A stretch of 32,000 bases of DNA from the NCBI RefSeq assembly GCF_900167395.1, contig NZ_FUWK01000007.1, positions 1 to 32,000 of the forward strand, in the 5' to 3' direction. The position numbers and the translations under genes are program-made. Under the pieces are notes generated by a model. That model had not been told where the DNA came from. It saw nothing but the letters and a program-made list of their open reading frames with translations, and made no database searches. Below, piece after piece: positions 1 through 8,691 of this stretch (within the stretch, counting starts at the first letter, position 1; every line of letters starts with the position of its first letter). The stretch comes from Nitrosomonas europaea. Its GTDB lineage: Bacteria; Pseudomonadota; Gammaproteobacteria; Burkholderiales; Nitrosomonadaceae.

Positions 1-498
1 AAACTGGATCCGGCCAAGGACTACACCCAGGACAAAGACTGCGTAGGTTGTCACGTGGATGGATTTGGTCAGAAAGGGGGCTATACGATCGAATCGCCCA
101 AACCGATGCTGACGGGTGTAGGCTGTGAATCCTGCCATGGACCTGGACGTAACTTCCGGGGAGATCATCGTAAGAGCGGGCAGGCTTTTGAGAAATCGGG
201 CAAGAAAACGCCTCGCAAAGATCTGGCAAAGAAAGGACAGGACTTCCACTTTGAAGAACGCTGCAGTGCGTGCCATCTGAACTACGAAGGTTCACCGTGG
301 AAAGGAGCCAAAGCGCCTTACACCCCGTTTACACCGGAAGTGGATGCGAAATACACCTTCAAGTTTGATGAAATGGTCAAGGAAGTCAAAGCCATGCATG
401 AACATTACAAACTGGAAGGCGTATTTGAAGGAGAGCCGAAATTCAAATTCCATGATGAATTCCAGGCCAGTGCCAAACCCGCCAAAAAAGGAAAATAG
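1..498 (+). CDS. cycA: Multihaem c-type cytochrome, cytochrome c554-like (5'-truncated by the window edge)
   Basis: The frame is open from base 1 (KLDPAKDYTQDKDCVGCHVDG...). Three CxxCH haem motifs are visible (CVGCH, CESCH, CSACH), with a lysine-rich C-terminus. A NapC/NirT cytochrome follows directly, as in Nitrosomonas hao-cycA-cycB clusters. The identity with c554 is from memory and needs BLAST. Confidence 0.85.
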   Translation, partial: KLDPAKDYTQDKDCVGCHVDGFGQKGGYTIESPKPMLTGVGCESCHGPGRNFRGDHRKSGQAFEKSGKKTPRKDLAKKGQDFHFEERCSACHLNYEGSPWKGAKAPYTPFTPEVDAKYTFKFDEMVKEVKAMHEHYKLEGVFEGEPKFKFHDEFQASAKPAKKGK

Positions 499-1202
499 TG
501 ATGACCAGACTGCAAAAAGGATCGATTGGTACTCTGTTGACAGGAGCACTGTTGGGTATAGTCCTGGTGGCTGTTGTCTTTGGTGGAGAAGCGGCATTAT
601 CGACCGAAGAATTCTGCACCAGCTGTCATTCCATGACTTATCCGCAAGCCGAGTTGAAGCAATCCACCCACTATGGTGCGCTGGGTGTTAACCCGGGATG
701 CAAGGACTGTCATATTCCTCAGGGAATAGAGAATTTCCATCTTGCGGTAGCGACACACGCGATAGATGGTGCCAGAGAACTGTATCTGGAGCTGGTCAAC
801 GACTACTCCACCCTGGAGAAGTTTAATGAAAGAAGACTGGAGATGGCTCATGATGCGAGAATGAATCTCAAGAAATGGGACAGCATCACTTGCCGCACCT
901 GTCATAAGAAGCCGGCACCTCCTGGAGAGAGTGCTCAGGCTGAACATAAAAAGATGGAAACAGAAGGGGCGACCTGTATAGATTGTCATCAGAATCTGGT
1001 GCATGAAGAAGTTCCGATGACGGATTTGAATGCAAGTATTGCTCAAGGCAAGCTGGTATTGAAACCGGAAGATGATGGGGATGATGAAGAAGCTGATGAG
1101 GACGAAGATGAAGAAACCGAAGAAGCTGACGACAGCAGCGACAGCGAATCCGCTTCCTCCAGTGACAACAGCGACAACGAAGACGATAACAACGATGAGT
1201 AA
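498..1202 (+). CDS. cycB: NapC/NirT-family membrane-anchored tetrahaem cytochrome (cytochrome cM552-like) with an acidic C-terminal tail
   Basis: N-terminal TM helix (GTLLTGALLGIVLVAVVF) and four CxxCH motifs (CTSCH, CKDCH, CRTCH, CIDCH). The start is GTG 498 overlapping the cycA stop (TAGTG), or ATG 501. The last ~45 residues are D/E/S/N-rich. Confidence 0.85.
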   Translation: MMTRLQKGSIGTLLTGALLGIVLVAVVFGGEAALSTEEFCTSCHSMTYPQAELKQSTHYGALGVNPGCKDCHIPQGIENFHLAVATHAIDGARELYLELVNDYSTLEKFNERRLEMAHDARMNLKKWDSITCRTCHKKPAPPGESAQAEHKKMETEGATCIDCHQNLVHEEVPMTDLNASIAQGKLVLKPEDDGDDEEADEDEDEETEEADDSSDSESASSSDNSDNEDDNNDE

Positions 1203-1244
1203 GTTTTGAGTATGTAGTTGTTGAGTATCGAAGATACATCAAAC

Positions 1245-1300
1245 AGCAAGTTGCAGTCTTTTGAGGCCAGATTGGCTTCCGGATTGTAGCTTGCTTTTTT
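1245..1300 (+). terminator. Candidate rho-independent terminator after cycB
   Basis: A long imperfect hairpin pairs 1245-1259 with 1281-1295 (including G-U pairs). An apical helix pairs gaggcc 1263-1268 with ggcttc 1274-1279. A T6 run follows at 1295-1300. Confidence 0.6.
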
Positions 1301-1377
1301 ATCAGAAGATTCGTAGTTTTCAGTTAAACAAATGTGTACAGGTGGATTGGTTAATTTGAATTCTGACAAGAGGTACG

Positions 1378-2709
1378 ATGGGCAGCAAACTTTATATTAG
1401 GACGTTCGGCTGCCAGATGAACGAGTATGATTCGGCCAAAATGGCTGATATCCTGTTGTCTGAAAAGGGTATGGAGTTGGCCGAAACACCTGAAGAAGCC
1501 GATCTGATCCTGTTTAATACCTGTTCGGTTCGTGAAAAAGCACAGGAAAAAGTTTTTCATGACTTGGGACGCGTACGGCATCTTAAAAACAGCAAACCAG
1601 ATCTTCTGATTGGTGTGGGTGGGTGCGTAGCCAGTCAGGAAGGTCCTGAGATAGTCAAACGTGCTCCGTTTGTGGATTTGGTATTTGGGCCTCAAACATT
1701 GCACAGATTGCCTGATCTGATCGATGCTCGCAGGCGTACAGGTCGTCCCCAGGTAGATATCAGCTTTCCTGAGATAGAGAAGTTTGATCGCTTGCCGCCT
1801 GCACGTACAGAAGGGTCCACTGCTTTTGTATCGATTATGGAAGGGTGCAGTAAATACTGCAGTTTCTGTGTCGTGCCTTATACCCGGGGAGAAGAAGTTT
1901 CGAGACCGCTGGATGATGTTCTTACCGAGGTAGCAGGACTTGCAATACAGGGCGTCAAAGAGGTTACGCTGCTCGGACAGAATGTAAACGCCTACTTAGG
2001 CAAAATGATCAATGGTGAGATTGCCGATTTTGCTACACTACTGGACTATATTCATGAAATTCCCGGTATAGAACGCATCCGATATACCACCTCTCATCCG
2101 AGGGAATTTACAGCTCGATTGATTGAAGCATATCAACGCTTACCGAAGCTGGTTGGTCATGTACATCTGCCCGTGCAATCCGGATCAGATAGAATATTAG
2201 CTGCAATGAAGCGCGGTTATACTACCGTTGAGTACAAATCCATTGTTCGCAAATTGCGTCTCGTTCGTCCGGATATATCAATATCATCCGATTTCATTAT
2301 CGGATTTCCTGGAGAAACAGAGGATGATTTCGAAGCAACGATGAAACTGATTGATGATGTACATTTTGATGAATCTTTCAGTTTTATTTACAGCCCGCGT
2401 CCAGGAACACCGGCTGCTGATTTGCCGGATAACACGTCACATCAGATAAAATTGACAAGACTGTATCGTTTGCAGGAAAAAATTCAGCTTAATGCACAAG
2501 CAATCAGTCAGGGCATGGTCGACACTGTCCAGCGTATTTTGGTAGAAGGTCCGTCGAGAAAAGATCCTGGCGAATTTTGTGGCAGGACAGACAATAATCG
2601 GGTAGTCAATTTTGCCGGGCATGCAGGGCTGACAGGAAGTTTTATTGATATCAGAATAACAGCGGTTTCATCTCATACATTGCGTGGTGAAATTTCTGAT
2701 ATGCAATGA
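1378..2709 (+). CDS. miaB: tRNA-2-methylthio-N6-dimethylallyladenosine synthase (radical SAM methylthiotransferase)
   Basis: N-terminal [14 protein letters not shown], radical-SAM CSKYCSFC (CxxxCxxC) and a C-terminal TRAM-like region. An AGAGG RBS precedes the ATG. Confidence 0.95.
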   Translation: MGSKLYIRTFGCQMNEYDSAKMADILLSEKGMELAETPEEADLILFNTCSVREKAQEKVFHDLGRVRHLKNSKPDLLIGVGGCVASQEGPEIVKRAPFVDLVFGPQTLHRLPDLIDARRRTGRPQVDISFPEIEKFDRLPPARTEGSTAFVSIMEGCSKYCSFCVVPYTRGEEVSRPLDDVLTEVAGLAIQGVKEVTLLGQNVNAYLGKMINGEIADFATLLDYIHEIPGIERIRYTTSHPREFTARLIEAYQRLPKLVGHVHLPVQSGSDRILAAMKRGYTTVEYKSIVRKLRLVRPDISISSDFIIGFPGETEDDFEATMKLIDDVHFDESFSFIYSPRPGTPAADLPDNTSHQIKLTRLYRLQEKIQLNAQAISQGMVDTVQRILVEGPSRKDPGEFCGRTDNNRVVNFAGHAGLTGSFIDIRITAVSSHTLRGEISDMQ

Positions 2710-2769
2710 TCATAGTGTTGCCATTGGCTTGCGGTTTTATCTGATTACTGCCAAAGTCCAAGCACGACA

Positions 2770-3780
2770 ATGACACTTGATGCGGCAACAAAATCCAAGC
2801 CGGTTGAACTGATGTTCTCTCCCACGGACAATGAACGCCTGGCCAACCTTTGTGGCGCACTGGATGAAAACCTCAAACAGGTTGAGTATGCTTTCAATGT
2901 GATGATTTCACGCAGAGGGGGGCATTTTAAGCTTTATGGCTCTGTAGAACATACTCATCTGGCAATTCAGGCGCTAAAAAAATTTTATGATGATTCGTAC
3001 CATCACCTCAGTGTGGAACAAATACAGCTGGGCCTGATTGAAATTCGAAATAATCCTTCACCTCCTCTTGGGGACTCGGATAGGGCTATTGCCGGTTCCA
3101 ATGCAACTTCCTTGCAGCTTGTTACCCGTCGCGGCAATATTCAGGGCCGTACTGCCCGGCAGACTGATTACCTTTTTCAGATCAAGAAACATGATATTAC
3201 TTTTGGTATTGGCCCGGCAGGTACCGGTAAGACTTATCTTGCCGTTGCCTGTGCAGTGGATGCGCTGGAGCGTGAACTGGTCAGTCGTGTTATTTTGGTG
3301 CGTCCAGCTGTGGAAGCTGGAGAAAGGCTGGGGTTTTTGCCGGGAGATATGGTGCAGAAAGTGGACCCCTACTTAAGACCGCTTTATGATGCTCTGTATG
3401 ATTTGATGGGATTTGAAAAAGTCAGCAAGCATTTTGAAAGAGGGATCATCGAGATTGCGCCATTGGCTTTCATGCGCGGCCGTACTCTTAATCAGTCATT
3501 CATCATTCTGGATGAAGCACAAAATACAACGGCTGAACAGATGAAGATGTTTCTGACACGTATCGGTTTTGGCTCTAAAGCCGTTATCACCGGAGATATA
3601 ACGCAGATAGATCTGCCTAAGCATCAGAAGAGCGGTTTGGTTGAAGCAGAACGAGTATTGAAGAATGTAAACGGGATCGCATTTACCCGCTTCAGGACGG
3701 AAGATGTAGTCCGTCATCCGTTGGTTCAACGTATAGTAGATGCCTACGAGAAATATGCCCCTGACAAAGAATCCGGTTGA
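2770..3780 (+). CDS. ybeZ: PhoH-like ATPase
   Basis: Walker A GPAGTGKT and Walker B-like IILDEAQN. It sits in the conserved miaB-ybeZ-ybeY-corC order. Confidence 0.93.
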   Translation: MTLDAATKSKPVELMFSPTDNERLANLCGALDENLKQVEYAFNVMISRRGGHFKLYGSVEHTHLAIQALKKFYDDSYHHLSVEQIQLGLIEIRNNPSPPLGDSDRAIAGSNATSLQLVTRRGNIQGRTARQTDYLFQIKKHDITFGIGPAGTGKTYLAVACAVDALERELVSRVILVRPAVEAGERLGFLPGDMVQKVDPYLRPLYDALYDLMGFEKVSKHFERGIIEIAPLAFMRGRTLNQSFIILDEAQNTTAEQMKMFLTRIGFGSKAVITGDITQIDLPKHQKSGLVEAERVLKNVNGIAFTRFRTEDVVRHPLVQRIVDAYEKYAPDKESG

Positions 3781-4234
3781 GTCGCCAGATCATGAGCAGG
3801 AACTCGTACTGACAGTGCAGTACGTGGCTGATAAGACGGATATTCCGAATAGACGATTGTTTCGTAAGTGGGTTAAAGCAGCACTAAGTAAACCTGCAGA
3901 GGTGGTTATTCGTATTGTTGACAGGCAGGAAGGCGAAATACTCAATCGCGACTTTCGTGGCAAAAGTTCGGCAACCAATGTGTTGACGTTTGTGTATGAC
4001 GACGATGTTCCGCTTTTGGGTGATATTGTGTTGTGTGCGCCAGTGATTTGCAACGAGGCACAGCAGCAAGGCAAAGATCTGACTGCTCATTATGCTCACC
4101 TTACTATCCATGGTATTTTGCATTTGCAGGGCTATGATCACATCCGCGATGAAGATGCAGTGGTGATGGAATCACTCGAAACAGAGATTATCACCAGACT
4201 CGGTTACCCCGATCCTTATGTCATTCAACATTGA
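3740..4234 (+). CDS. ybeY: rRNA maturation endoribonuclease YbeY
   Basis: Zinc-binding HGILHLQGYDH motif. The start is ATG 3740 or ATG 3755, and either overlaps the ybeZ 3' end by 41 or 26 nt. Confidence 0.92.
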   Translation: MPTRNMPLTKNPVESPDHEQELVLTVQYVADKTDIPNRRLFRKWVKAALSKPAEVVIRIVDRQEGEILNRDFRGKSSATNVLTFVYDDDVPLLGDIVLCAPVICNEAQQQGKDLTAHYAHLTIHGILHLQGYDHIRDEDAVVMESLETEIITRLGYPDPYVIQH

Positions 4235-4290
4235 GATGATATAAGCACGCGTGAGACAGTCTTTTTTATTCCCGATGTTATATACATTTC

Positions 4291-5154
4291 ATGAACGAAA
4301 CCTCCCCTAAAATCGGTTGGTTTGAGCATATCAGTACATTACTTTCGCGCAAACCGGAAGATCGTGAGCAATTGCTGGCTCTGTTGCATTCTGCTTATGA
4401 GCGCAACCTGCTTGATGCAGATGCATTGGCTATGATTGAGGGAGTGATGCAGGTTTCTGAAATGCAGGTACGTGATGTCATGATCCCTCGTTCGCAAATG
4501 GACACCATTGATATCAGTGAGAAACCGGAAGGGTTTATTCCATTTGTAATGGAGACTGCTCATTCGCGTTTCCCGGTTACGGATGGCAGCAAAGATCAGA
4601 TTATCGGTGTATTGCTGGCAAAGGATTTATTACGTTATTACGCGAGCAGGGAAGAATTCAATATCAGGGATATGCTGCGCCCGGTGATCTATATACCCGA
4701 GTCCAAGAAATTGAATATTCTGCTTAAAGATTTTCGCAGTAACCGTAGCCATATTGCTATCGTCGTTGATGAGTATGGTGGCGTAGCCGGGCTCGTCACG
4801 ATCGAAGATGTCCTGGAACAGATTGTCGGAGATATTGAGGACGAATTTGATTTTGATGAAGATGATGCTTACATTGTTGCAGATACGGATGGTCACTATC
4901 GTGTCAGGGCAATTACAGAAATATCCAGCTTCAATGAGACATTAGGCGCAACGTTCAGTGACAAGGAATTTGATACGATTGGCGGTCTCGTTATCAATAA
5001 ATTTGGCCGGCTTCCTAAAAATGGAGAATCCATTACTATTGAGGGTTTCAATTTCACTGTCACGAGAGCGGACAGCCGTCGTTTGCATTTGTTGAAAGTA
5101 GAGCGTATCGAGCCCGGGGTGGTTGAAGATGCAGATTCTCATGACTCGGTTTAA
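4291..5154 (+). CDS. corC: CBS-domain magnesium/cobalt efflux protein, CorC/HlyC family
   Basis: A tandem CBS region (VRDVMIPRSQM..., IAIVVDEYGGVAGLVTIEDVLEQIVG) and a C-terminal CorC_HlyC-like domain. Its position after ybeY fits the conserved order. Confidence 0.88.
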   Translation: MNETSPKIGWFEHISTLLSRKPEDREQLLALLHSAYERNLLDADALAMIEGVMQVSEMQVRDVMIPRSQMDTIDISEKPEGFIPFVMETAHSRFPVTDGSKDQIIGVLLAKDLLRYYASREEFNIRDMLRPVIYIPESKKLNILLKDFRSNRSHIAIVVDEYGGVAGLVTIEDVLEQIVGDIEDEFDFDEDDAYIVADTDGHYRVRAITEISSFNETLGATFSDKEFDTIGGLVINKFGRLPKNGESITIEGFNFTVTRADSRRLHLLKVERIEPGVVEDADSHDSV

Positions 5155-5159
5155 TCTCT

Positions 5160-5210
5160 GCGGGTTCAATTCCCCGCCCCTTGGGGCGCGAAGGCTGGCT
5201 GAAAGCCAGC
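5160..5210 (+). other. tRNA/tmRNA-like T-arm fragment plus two GC-rich hairpins in the corC 3' flank
   Basis: GCGGG-TTCAATTC-CCCGC at 5160-5177 resembles a T-arm (GGTTCAAtTCC). A second hairpin is cgcccc/ggggcg (5175-5188) and a third is gctggc-tgaaa-gccagc (5194-5210). There is no acceptor or anticodon arm and no CCA, so it is not an intact tRNA. Confidence 0.3.
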
Positions 5211-5315
5211 GGGCTTGGAAGGCGCAGTTAATACCCAGCTGCTTGCAGCGAGGTGTTTTATTGTGTTTCAACAATATGCTGCGTTGCTGAATTAATGATG
5301 AATGGTTGTTTGTGA

Positions 5316-5345
5316 TTGAGACAGAAGGTTGCAAATTGTTAAATA
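5316..5345 (+). promoter_or_regulatory. Candidate sigma70-type promoter for rpoE
   Basis: TTGAGA (5316-5321), an 18-nt spacer, then TAAATA (5340-5345), about 40 nt upstream of the rpoE ATG. This is sequence pattern only. I did not find a GAACTT-N16-TCTGA type sigmaE promoter here. Confidence 0.25.
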
Positions 5346-5384
5346 AAGCCCGCTTATATCTTCCTTATCCCGGGAATCTGAGAG

Positions 5385-5987
5385 ATGAGTGATCGTGAAA
5401 TCGATCAGCAGTTGGTAGAACAGGTACAACGAGGTGACAAGCGTGCGTTTGACCTGCTGGTTATCAAGTATCAGAGACGACTGGCGCGTTTATTATCGCG
5501 ATTCATCCGTGATCCTGCTGAAGTGGAGGATATTACTCAAGAGACTTTTATCAAGGCCTACCGGGCATTACCTTCTTTTCGCGGTGATAGTGCCTTTTAT
5601 ACCTGGTTATATCGGATCGGGGTCAATACGGCCAAGAATTTTCTGGTATCACAAGGTCGTAAGCTTCCTGCAACTGTAAATGGGTTCGGTACCGAGGAGG
5701 CGGAAAATTTTGAAGGAGCCGATCAGCTTCGGGAAGTAAACACTCCGGAAAGTGAACTTATGGGCAAACAGGTTGCCCAAACCGTAAATCAGGCGCTTGA
5801 AGCTCTGCCCGAGGAGTTGCGCACGGCGATTATTCTCAGGGAAATCGAAGGGCTTAGTTATGAAGAGATTGCTGATATCATGAATTGTCCTATTGGTACG
5901 GTGCGGTCCCGGATATTCAGGGCACGTGAAGCTGTGGCCGACAAATTAAGGCCTTTATTGGGTACTGATAAAAGTAAAAGATGGTGA
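5385..5987 (+). CDS. rpoE: ECF sigma factor sigma-E (sigma-24 / AlgU type)
   Basis: Sigma-70 region 2 (FDLLVIKYQRRLARLL..., TQETFIKAYRAL) and region 4 (EELRTAIILREIEGLSYEEIADIMNCPIGTVRSRIFRAREA). An anti-sigma gene and an HtrA protease follow. Confidence 0.92.
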   Translation: MSDREIDQQLVEQVQRGDKRAFDLLVIKYQRRLARLLSRFIRDPAEVEDITQETFIKAYRALPSFRGDSAFYTWLYRIGVNTAKNFLVSQGRKLPATVNGFGTEEAENFEGADQLREVNTPESELMGKQVAQTVNQALEALPEELRTAIILREIEGLSYEEIADIMNCPIGTVRSRIFRAREAVADKLRPLLGTDKSKRW

Positions 5988-6586
5988 CAAGAGGTGAAAT
6001 TGTGAGAAATAAAGTTTCTGAGTTGATGGATGGTGAACTTGATGGCACTCATGCTGCCAAGATTATTAACGCAGTCAAAACCGACAACGATTTGTTTTCT
6101 GACTGGAAAATTTATCATGCAATCGGTGATTCGTTGCGTCAGTCGGCCGTTAATATAGATATATCGGAACAGGTCAGAAATCAACTGGCTGATGAGCCAC
6201 TTTTATTATCACCTTATCCACACAAAACCCACCAAAATCGTAAACAAAAGCTGCTGGGTCTGTCGGTTGCCGCTTCGGTTGCTGCGTTATCGATTGGATG
6301 GCTGATATCTCAATCAATGGAACAGCATGAAACGACACTTAAAGAAATATATGTGGCTGAAAAAAATAACGGAAAGACTGCGCCTGTCGGAGGGCCTCGT
6401 TCGTTAATGACTTTTCAGCCGGTATCTGCGTATTCATCTCCTTCTATGCCTGTAAACACCCACTACAATAATGATCCTCTGATTTACAGGGATCTTACCT
6501 ATGAAAGATCAGTTCGTTATCCAGCCACCGGAATATCTTCCCCTGCTGAGGTAGTCGGGGAACAGTCTGCTGCATCTGCTGAATAG
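5981..6586 (+). CDS. rseA: Anti-sigma-E factor, RseA/MucA-like
   Basis: RseA_N-like VSELMDGELDG motif, a single TM segment (LLGLSVAASVAALSIGWLI) and a periplasmic tail. The start is ATG 5981 (ATGGTGA overlap with the rpoE stop) or GTG 6002, which is preceded by an AGAGG RBS. Confidence 0.75.
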   Translation: MVTRGEIVRNKVSELMDGELDGTHAAKIINAVKTDNDLFSDWKIYHAIGDSLRQSAVNIDISEQVRNQLADEPLLLSPYPHKTHQNRKQKLLGLSVAASVAALSIGWLISQSMEQHETTLKEIYVAEKNNGKTAPVGGPRSLMTFQPVSAYSSPSMPVNTHYNNDPLIYRDLTYERSVRYPATGISSPAEVVGEQSAASAE

Positions 6587-6640
6587 CGCACCGGCCCAAC
6601 TATATAAGAAAATAAACACTATCTCTTAACTGGTGATTGC

Positions 6641-8131
6641 ATGGCTGACATAATCTCCCGGAATAATTTCCATTCAGGTATAGGATCCAGGTTTTTGATA
6701 AATACGGTTACAGTTGCGGATATATGGCGCAAGGGTATTTTTGCGATTTGTCTTTTGGTAGCAGCGTTTATGTTGTCTGCCTCATTGCATGCGAAGGATT
6801 TACCGGATTTTACTGACCTGGTGGAAAAGCATGGGCAAGCAGTTGTCAATATTAGTACCGTACAAACGCAGCAGATAGATGCGAACCATTTCTTTCCGGG
6901 AATTCCCAACATCCCCGAAGATTCTCCTTTTTACGAGTTTTTTCGCCGGCATATGCAACCTTTTTCCGGCCCGAGAAAATATGAATCCCGTTCACTGGGC
7001 TCAGGTTTCATCATCAGTAAGGATGGTTATATTCTGACCAATGCACATGTAGTCGAATCAGCCAATGAAATCACGGTCAGACTGACCGATAAGCGTGAGT
7101 TTGGTGCGAAAGTGATAGGGACCGATCGAAAAACGGATATAGCTCTGTTAAAAATTGATGCGGATGATTTGCCGGTAGTCACCCAGGGTAGCCCTGATCA
7201 GCTTAAAGTTGGCGAATGGGTGATCGCCATTGGTGCCCCTTTTGGTTTTGAGAATACAGTTACAGCAGGGATCGTGAGTGCGAAAGGGCGATCGCTTGCC
7301 CAGGAAAATTATGTTCCTTTTATTCAGACTGACGTGGCAATCAATCCAGGCAACTCTGGTGGGCCACTGTTCAATATGAAAGGAGAAGTCGTAGGGATTA
7401 ACTCCCAGATTTACAGCCGTACGGGTGGCTTCATGGGGCTTTCTTTTGCTATTCCGATCGATGTGGCAATGGAAATTACCAGTCAGCTCAAGGCTTACGG
7501 CAAAGTCTCACGAGGAAAAATCGGTGTCATGATCCAGGAAATGACAGATGAGCTGGCGGAATCTTTCAATCTGGATAAGTCACGTGGCGCGCTGGTTGTT
7601 TCTGTGGAGAAAGACGGGCCGGCTGACAAGGCAGGCATCAAGATAAGGGATGTGATTCTGAGATTCGATGGTAAAGGTATCGATACTTCAAGTGATTTAC
7701 CCCGCATAGTCGGAAATACGAAACCGGATGCCAGGGTATCTGTTGAAGTATGGCGTAATGGCTCAGTCAAGAAACTGACTGTTACAGTAGGGGAAATGCC
7801 TGGAGATGACAGTAGTACTACTGTCCAGAAACAAAGTAAATCAGGAGATGCCACCAGCAGGTTAGGGCTTGCTCTGAGAGAACTTTCTGCAAGCCAGAAG
7901 AATGAGCTTGGAATTGATAGCGGTCTGCTGGTCGAAGAGGTCTATGACGGAATTGCCAGCAGTGCAGGCATTCGTCCCGGAGATGTCATTCTGGGGTTCA
8001 ATAACCAGGATATAAAATCTATCCAGCAGTTCAATAAACTATTGGATGATGCCAAAAAAGGCCGGAATATCGCTCTGCTGATAAAAAGGGGAGATATTAC
8101 GACCTTTATTACTATAAAGATAAATGGGTAA
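6641..8131 (+). CDS. degP: Periplasmic serine endoprotease DegP/MucD (HtrA family, two PDZ domains)
   Basis: Catalytic triad contexts TNAHV, DIALLK and GNSGGPL, with two PDZ-like regions. In-frame TTG 6695 would give a more typical signal peptide (..RKGIFAICLLVAAFMLSASLHA/KD) than ATG 6641. Confidence 0.92.
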   Translation: MADIISRNNFHSGIGSRFLINTVTVADIWRKGIFAICLLVAAFMLSASLHAKDLPDFTDLVEKHGQAVVNISTVQTQQIDANHFFPGIPNIPEDSPFYEFFRRHMQPFSGPRKYESRSLGSGFIISKDGYILTNAHVVESANEITVRLTDKREFGAKVIGTDRKTDIALLKIDADDLPVVTQGSPDQLKVGEWVIAIGAPFGFENTVTAGIVSAKGRSLAQENYVPFIQTDVAINPGNSGGPLFNMKGEVVGINSQIYSRTGGFMGLSFAIPIDVAMEITSQLKAYGKVSRGKIGVMIQEMTDELAESFNLDKSRGALVVSVEKDGPADKAGIKIRDVILRFDGKGIDTSSDLPRIVGNTKPDARVSVEVWRNGSVKKLTVTVGEMPGDDSSTTVQKQSKSGDATSRLGLALRELSASQKNELGIDSGLLVEEVYDGIASSAGIRPGDVILGFNNQDIKSIQQFNKLLDDAKKGRNIALLIKRGDITTFITIKING

Positions 8132-8148
8132 GATTTGCTGCTGGTGCA

Positions 8149-8406
8149 ATGAATAATCAGGTAGAACCCAGGAAATTGGTCGTATATGGAAGGGAAGGTT
8201 GTCATCTGTGTGAAGAGATGATTGCTTCCCTGCGGGTATTACAAAAAAAATCCTGGTTTGAGCTGGAAGTAATCAATATTGACGGGAATGAACATTTGAC
8301 CCGATTGTACAATGATCGTGTTCCTGTTCTTTTTGCTGTCAACGAGGATAAGGAGCTGTGTCACTATTTCCTTGATTCAGATGTAATTGGCGCTTACCTC
8401 TCCTAA
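8149..8406 (+). CDS. Glutaredoxin-like small thioredoxin-fold protein (DUF836-like)
   Basis: 85 aa with a CxxC motif (GREGCHLCEEM) and a short beta-alpha-beta thioredoxin-like pattern. Genes like this commonly lie upstream of lepA in betaproteobacteria. Confidence 0.7.
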   Translation: MNNQVEPRKLVVYGREGCHLCEEMIASLRVLQKKSWFELEVINIDGNEHLTRLYNDRVPVLFAVNEDKELCHYFLDSDVIGAYLS

Positions 8407-8691
8407 TTTCATCTCACGGCTGATTCGTTGAACAGGTCGGATTTTCCATTCCGGAAGACGCGGCTTTCATATTTTCCTATTCTGCTTGGTATAAGAAATC
8501 GAGGTAGAGCAATCGTTGATAGGCTGACGCATTTAACAGACTCTCGCTGCTTCCGTGATCATCAGGGTATACTTGGCTGTCAGGCTATTTTGGCGAAATC
8601 AGCCGAATCTATCTTCCCTCTGTCGATTTGTATACAATCGCCCCTTTTGTCTCTAGCTTTTGTCGATTTTTCTCCCGAGCGGTGATTTCTT

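Noticed and set aside
344-691. Alternative-frame ORFs overlapping cycA/cycB (344-691 on the plus strand; 292-597 and 597-1046 on the minus strand), grouped with overlapping ORFs in ybeZ (3038-3376), rpoE (5434-5679) and nagZ (15119-15613)
   Set aside because: All overlap genes with strong motif support and have no features of their own.
5160-5190. A possible intact tRNA or tmRNA gene after corC
   Set aside because: Only a T-arm-like hairpin is present, and its loop is 8 nt. I could not build D, anticodon or acceptor arms from the upstream sequence, which is corC coding sequence, and there is no CCA or matching acceptor 3' strand. It is reported only as a fragment or hairpin cluster.
5371-5381. 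A TCTGA motif upstream of rpoE as a sigma-E/AlgU-type -10 element
   Set aside because: It lies only 4 nt from the ATG, and no GAACTT-like -35 sits 16-17 nt upstream. It more likely belongs to the ribosome-binding region.
8428-8685. An 85-aa ORF filling the spacer upstream of lepA
   Set aside because: It has no RBS, an odd composition (Arg/Ser/Leu/Phe-rich) and no recognisable motif, and it occupies what looks like a regulatory leader. It is kept only as part of the lepA leader finding.
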